DNA of 64,000 bases. It comes from Eledone cirrhosa (lineage: Eukaryota). The DNA is taken from positions 8,556,001 to 8,620,000 of the forward strand of contig OZ024761.1 of assembly GCA_964016885.1 (NCBI GenBank), written 5' to 3'. This document shows, in pieces, positions 58,440 through 64,000 of this stretch. Position 1 is the first letter of the stretch, and every line of letters begins with the position of its first letter. The notes beneath the pieces are model-generated. The model saw only the letters and a program-made list of their open reading frames with translations. It searched no databases and was not told where the DNA came from. The position numbers and the translations under genes are program-made.

Positions 58440-58715
58440 TATAATGAAATTATTGTGTACAGTGCTCAGGTGAACTACAACTCATCAAATGTGCATGTAT
58501 AGTACATAGAATAATGTGCATATGTCAGGAAAGTGAACAGTGTATGAGTCATGATATACACATAAATACATGCGTGCATGTGTATGGAGGGGGAATATCA
58601 GGTGTAGTGTTGGCGAATTTCGGGAAGCAGGGAGGTTTTGAAGGATACAGTGTCCCGACAGCTAACAACCGATGCAGGTAGTTTGTTCCATGCTTCAGCA
58701 ACTCTGAGCATGAAA
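58440..58715 (-). mobile_element. CR1/L2-like LINE 3' end
   Basis: Minus-strand translation LRVAEAWNKLPASVVSCRDTVSFK is typical of a CR1-group RT C-terminus. Confidence 0.75.
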
Positions 58716-58764
58716 TAGAGACTTAGTTCCTACTAACTTACAGATGTGTTTGTGTGTATTGACT

Positions 58765-59575
58765 TAACTATTTGCAAGACTAACTTTAGGAAACCAGTCA
58801 GCTATCTGATTGCAATCAGGCAAAAACACAAGCCACATTAATTTCTTACTTGTAAGATGAGATAAATGGACTATGATATATACTAAGACCTTCCCTGGCA
58901 AACAATGTGCTGCCCAACACAAATTAGTTATTCGTGACATTAGAATAAAAACAAGACAGAACAAGATATGCAGGAAAATATGGAAACAGAAGGTATGGAA
59001 GCTAAAAGACCTTTCCGTTAAAAATAAATTTATAAAGGCCTCACAGGATGTCATATGATGAGAAGGGAAACAATTTAGATGCATATGACAGAGGACAATT
59101 GGAAATTCTTACATGACAACCTACTGCACACTACTGAAGAGACTTGAAGCTGGAGAAAAGTGCTAGCCAGTCAGAGGGTGGATAGAGCCATTAAGGCCAA
59201 GAGACAGGAGTGGAAAGACTGGAAAAATGGGAGTAGCAGAAACCAATACCAGGTAGCTAAGAGAGAAGCTAGACGACAAGTATACATAGCTCAGAAAGAG
59301 GTTGAAAAAATAAAATTTGCCAATGTCTTGCACCATGAGGATCAGAGACATGAAGTGTTCCACATTGCAAGTCAGTGTGCCAGTGTGAATCAGGATGTTG
59401 TTGGGGAAAAGTGTGTTAGAAATGACATAGGTGCACTCAGCACCACTGTTACTCAAAAGAAAGAGGCCTGGAAATGTTACTATGAGATTGATGGATGTGT
59501 AGAATGAATGGGAGGAAGACAGATTACTCCCAATGTACCCAACAGAGAGACCAGCTATTGAAGTTGATGATGATG
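58765..59575 (+). mobile_element. Diverged RTE fragment (APE end to linker)
   Basis: ORFs 58873-59058 and 59160-59507 are homologous to the 3700-4400 region. Confidence 0.85.
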
Positions 59576-59901
59576 ATGAACACATTAAAACAAACAGGTA
59601 GTTATTCATTGTTTGATTTTTGTCACATGTATGATTAATTATTGATTTTTAATTTAGGCACAAGACCAGCAGATATGCAAAGATGGGCAAATTTAATTGA
59701 ACCAACCCCAGTTCATGACTGGTATATTATCTTATTGACCGACCCCAGAGGAAATGAAAGACAAAGTTGACATTGCTGGGATGTGAACTCGGGATGTAGA
59801 GTCAGACACAAATACCCCTATGGCATTTCATCTGACGCTCTACCAATTCTGCCAATCCACCACCCTCAACAGTACATGATTCATTATTCTAAGAACTATA
59901 A

Positions 59902-60099
59902 AGGGCGGTGGATTGGCTGGCAGTAATCAGTAGAGCGTCAGATACCATGCTTTGCAACATAGTGTTATGGCCCTTTACTTTCTGAGTTCAATCAAATCCT
60001 ACTGAGGTTAGCTCTGCCTTTCATCCTTACGGGTTCGATAAAATAAAGCACCAGTAATACACTGGGTTAACTGCTGGCCTTGTGCCAAAAGCAGACACA
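59902..60099 (+). mobile_element. Nin/Deu-domain SINE with TSD attattctaaga (an older inverted copy lies at ~59655-59863)
   Basis: TSD at 59883-59894 and 60100-60111; central GCCTTTCATCCTTACGGG domain. Confidence 0.85.
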
Positions 60100-60143
60100 A
60101 TTATTCTAAGATCAATTGCCAATTTTAAATTGTAATCAATAAT

Positions 60144-61237
60144 TGGGTGCATAAAAGATGTAGTGGGATCACAGGTAAGCTAACTAAGAACACAGATTTT
60201 ACATGTGGCCGGTGCTCTGGTGCAATAAGTAGCAGCAAGTGCCCATAAAAACACTAACTCTTTCAATTGCGCAGAGGGTTCTATAGAAATAGTGGACAGC
60301 TTCCGTTACCTGGGTGACAAAATCAGCAGTGGGGGAGGGTGCTCTGAAAGTACAGTAGCTAGAGTCAGAACTGGATGGAAAAAGTTCAGAGAGCTTATAC
60401 CACTATTAGCCACTAAAGGGTTCTCCCTAAAAATGAAAGGCAGGTTGTATGATGCCTGCATACGAACAGCAATGTTACCTGGTAGTGAGACCTGGGCATT
60501 GTGTGCAGAGGATATACACAGACTAGAGAGGAACGAAGCTTGCATGCTCCGCTGGATGTGTAATAGTAATATACGTGAACGGCAAAGCATAAACGAACTA
60601 AGGAAAAAATTAGAAATAAGAGGGATCAGATGTTGTTTACTCGAGAGGCTACGTTGGTATGGTCACGTGATGCGCATGAAAGACGACAGCTGTATAACAA
60701 AGTGCAGGGCAATAAAGATAGATGGTAGCCACGGAGTAGGCAGACCCAGGAAAACCTGGGACGAGCTGATAAATTCCGACCTCACACACTTACACCTCTC
60801 CAAGACAATGTCACTGGACCGAGACCTTTGGCGGTACTCAGTAACAGAGAAGACACGCCTTACCTAAATACAAAGTAAAACCTACTAGTCAGTAGGCATC
60901 TCTAACAAAATACACCCCCGTCCCACCCCATCCACACCGCCCCCTTCAATGCAAAGTTATGTTGGTGCCACAACATCCAGGCTGAAACAAACGAGATTGT
61001 GTAGGTGTCACGACAAAAAAACACACAGTCCACGCTGTAATGTGACCGTGTAGGCAACACGGTAAAAACCTCCCAGCCCCACACTGTAAATGTGGTTGGT
61101 GTTAGGAAGGGCATCCAGCTGTAGAAAACCCGCCAGACAGTCCTATGCGAGCAAGACAACCACTCTTGCCTCAAGTGGGAAAACCCCCGTCCAAACCTAT
61201 GCAAGCGTGGAACAGGGACGTTAAATGATGATGATGA
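60144..61237 (+). mobile_element. 5'-truncated RTE family a copy
   Basis: ORF 60292-60867, full 3' UTR and (ATG)n tail. Confidence 0.93.
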
Positions 61238-62273
61238 ATTGATAGGAAAAAGCAAACAAGGGTGTGTGTGTGTAAAATATCCTATCAAACATTTAATCAG
61301 TAAGTTTTATACTACTAATGTCAATACTACTATTACTGCTGTTGATACTACTACTATTACTACCACCACCACCACGATTATCACCATCACTGCCACCGCC
61401 ACCCCCCACCACCACCAGAAGCTTACCCAAAATAGACAAGATAATCCAAGCAACAATACAAAAAAAAACCTTGAAACTTGTTTAATAAACATAATTAAAC
61501 TGCATTCTTCTATCAAATTATTACAATTGGTTCTATTCATTTATTTATTACATAATTAACATGTCTAATTAATAATGTCCCTGTTTAATAATGAGTTTGT
61601 TTAACCCTTTTGATAGCACATTGTCTGAAACCACCTCTGCATCTATAATACTAAACTATTTATGAACTTGTAGGATTCCCCAAAACAGAAAGTAACTGGA
61701 ACAAGTCTTCTCTTTGCCCACTTATTCTTGAGAGGATCGTGGGGTCAGAGTCCTCAAACACTCCTTCCACTGGGTCCTGTCAAAAGCAACCATCTCCAAC
61801 TGAATCCCCTGTAACAACAGTCAATCACTATAAATAACTTGGAAGATTAGGTAAAGTACCCATAGAGATGGAAAAAAGAGGCTAGTAGTTGCTCTTTGTG
61901 TAATGTTAATGCAATAAGCTGGTATTCAAGAGATATAAGTTCGATTCTCCATGGCAACAGCCAGCTCTTCAAATATTTAAACTGATCTTCTAAGACAGTG
62001 GTTCCCAACCTTTTGTGTACCATGCTCCACCTCAACATCTCAAAAATTATTATGTCCTCTCCCCTTGATATGAAAACAGCGATGATCAACTGCAATGTGT
62101 AAGCAAATTGGTGTTTAGGTGGTGCCAGATGCATGATAACATAACCCTAACCCTAACCCTTTAGCATTTAAACTGGCTGTACCCGCCCAGAATTCTCTCA
62201 TCTCTTTCTGTTCAAACCGGCTGTAACTGGCCACTCATACTGATGTTAAGATATTATTCTCAAAATAAATAAT

Positions 62274-62460
62274 TGTTTCTACTTTTGGCACAAGGCCAGC
62301 AATTACCCAGTGCATTACTGGCACTTTATTTTATCGACCCCGTAAGAATGAAAGGCAAAGTTAACCATGGCAGGATTTGAACTCAGAATGGAAAAGGCCA
62401 TAACTCTATGCACCAAAGCATGGCGTCCGACCCTCTACTGATACTGCCAATCCACTGCCA
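62274..62460 (-). mobile_element. Nin/Deu-domain SINE with 16-bp TSD
   Basis: TSD tctcaaaataaataat at 62258-62273 and 62476-62491. Confidence 0.87.
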
Positions 62461-62553
62461 TCTTAACTAATGCAGTCTCAAAATAAATAATATTAAAATC
62501 TCATAGATTCGATTATTATGTGAGGTAAAGTGTTTACCGTAAAAATATAATAA

Positions 62554-63201
62554 TCTAAACTATAATAAAGTAAGGAGCGCGGGACTACGTACGGTTTATA
62601 ATTTTTTATCCCATTAGTAAAATAAGTTGGATTACTTTGAATAAATAATTGTTTCTACTTTTTGGCACAAGGCCAGCAATTACCCAGTGCATTACTGGTA
62701 CTTTATTTTATCGACCCCGTAAGGATGAAAAGCTAAGTTAACCTCGGCGGGATTTGAACTCAAAATGGCAAGGGCCGTAACTCTATGCGTCAAAGCATGG
62801 CGTCCGACCCTCTACCGATACTGGCAATCCACAATATTACATAATTTATCTACTAAATTTCGTGGCTGTTCATTAAATATATTTTGTTTATTTAAAGATT
62901 CACTTCTTTAAAATTTCTGAAATGTCAACACTTCCGGTTGGCCATCACTTAAATAAACATACTAATTTTCTCCGAATGCAGTTTATATATAATATTGTCT
63001 TTTTTAATGTATCATGGATTACGTTACTGATTAAATAAGACAGTGTAACACAGTCTTCATTCAATTTCTATGTATTATATATTGTCAATTACGATTTTAT
63101 TTGATGTATCATATCTACATGTATATATACCTGCATATAATATCAATATACAGACTACACATGATAGCAGAAAACCACCCGAAGGGTGGTTTTTCTGCTA
63201 G
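62554..63201 (+). mobile_element. Non-autonomous Helitron (second family)
   Basis: 5' TCTAAACTATAATAAAG after A; 3' hairpin aaaaccaccc-gaa-gggtggtttt then CTAG followed by T. Confidence 0.82.
62648..62832 (-). mobile_element. Nin/Deu-domain SINE nested in the Helitron
   Basis: Near-identical to 24554-24726 and 62274-62460. Confidence 0.87.
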
Positions 63202-63547
63202 TATATATAATGTAAATACTAAAGGGTTGAATATTCAAATTGCCCCAATGTGTGGTGTGCACCCCACATTGGAAATCACTGTTCTAATACACTGTTTACT
63301 AGCAGGACCTGTGGAAATTCCACGGAACGAAAAAAATTAAGAGGAGCTATTTAAGAAAGAAAGGATGATTTGCATTTTTATTTCATATAAATCTTATTGT
63401 TGCCTGTGCAATAAATGATACAAAAATATACAATAACAATCTATACAATACTTAATGTACATATCATTTGTTAATATTTAATTCTATTGAAGCTGCAGGA
63501 TCACTATATAATTGCACATTCCTTATTACACAATATTTTATCATAAA

Positions 63548-64000
63548 AGATGAACTAAGTGAGAAATTAAGAATAAGAGGGATCAGATGCTGTTTACTTG
63601 AGAGAAGACTACGTTGGTATGGTCACGTGATGCGCTTGAAAGACGACAGCTGTATAAAAAAGTGCAAGGCGATCAAAATTGATGGTAGTTACGGAGTAGG
63701 CAGACCCAGAAAAACCTGGGACAATTTGATAAATTCCGACCTTACACACTTACACCTCTCTAAGACAATGTCACTGGACCAAGATCTTTGGCGCTACGCA
63801 GTAATACAGAAGACTCGCCTTGCCTAAGTACAAAGCGAAACCTACAGTCAGTAGGCACCTCTTAATCAAAAATACACCCCTTTCTCTGTAAAGTTATGTT
63901 GGTACCACAACATCCAGTCCTAAATAAATGAGATCGTGTAGGTGTCACGATAAAAAAACACACAGTCCACGCTGTAATGTGGCCGTGTAGGTAACACGGT
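63548..64000 (+). mobile_element. RTE family a-like 3' fragment running off the window
   Basis: [10 protein letters not shown] / GRPRKTW and the start of the 3' UTR. Confidence 0.9.

Larger units (their letters stand above)
62153..63230. mobile_element. piggyBac-type MITE containing a SINE and a Helitron
   Basis: Left CCCTTTAGCATT and right AATACTAAAGGG; internal MITE segments are collinear with 36746-36952. Confidence 0.82.

Noticed and set aside
61997-62050. CAGTGGTTCCCAACCTTTT hAT-like terminus
   Set aside because: Only one end found, with no matching TIR or TSD.
62142-62160. (TAACCC)3 telomere-like repeat
   Set aside because: Only three units overlapping the TAACCCT start of a MITE; too short to call an interstitial telomere.

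Overview
AT-rich eukaryotic genomic DNA. The SINE families and repeat landscape suggest an octopod cephalopod, which is an inference. Host genes: (1) the 3' part of a large minus-strand C2H2 zinc-finger gene, with a ~6.5-kb exon (48239-54725) spliced to a terminal exon (46066-46990) and one finger split by the intron; (2) a probable first coding exon of an SZRD1-like gene (19850-19903, minus). The rest is a dense nest of mobile DNA. It includes at least three RTE-clade LINE families (one near full length inside kilobase-scale (TA)n arrays), two tRNA-derived SINE families, decayed Penelope-like elements (PLEs) of two clades, piggyBac-, hAT- and Tc1/mariner-type MITEs, two non-autonomous Helitrons nested in the same MITE family, and minisatellites grown out of retroelement sequence. 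The most unusual signal is a set of ~100-300 bp units embedded in (TA)n tracts. They carry type I hammerhead ribozyme folds and/or long fold-back hairpins with an unpaired tail, and several share a TATTGAGTAC-like tail motif. They are most plausibly microsatellite-targeting PLE termini or retrozyme-like RNAs. Most long ORFs in the supplied track are microsatellite artefacts. All family and motif assignments are by eye and recall; no searches were run.
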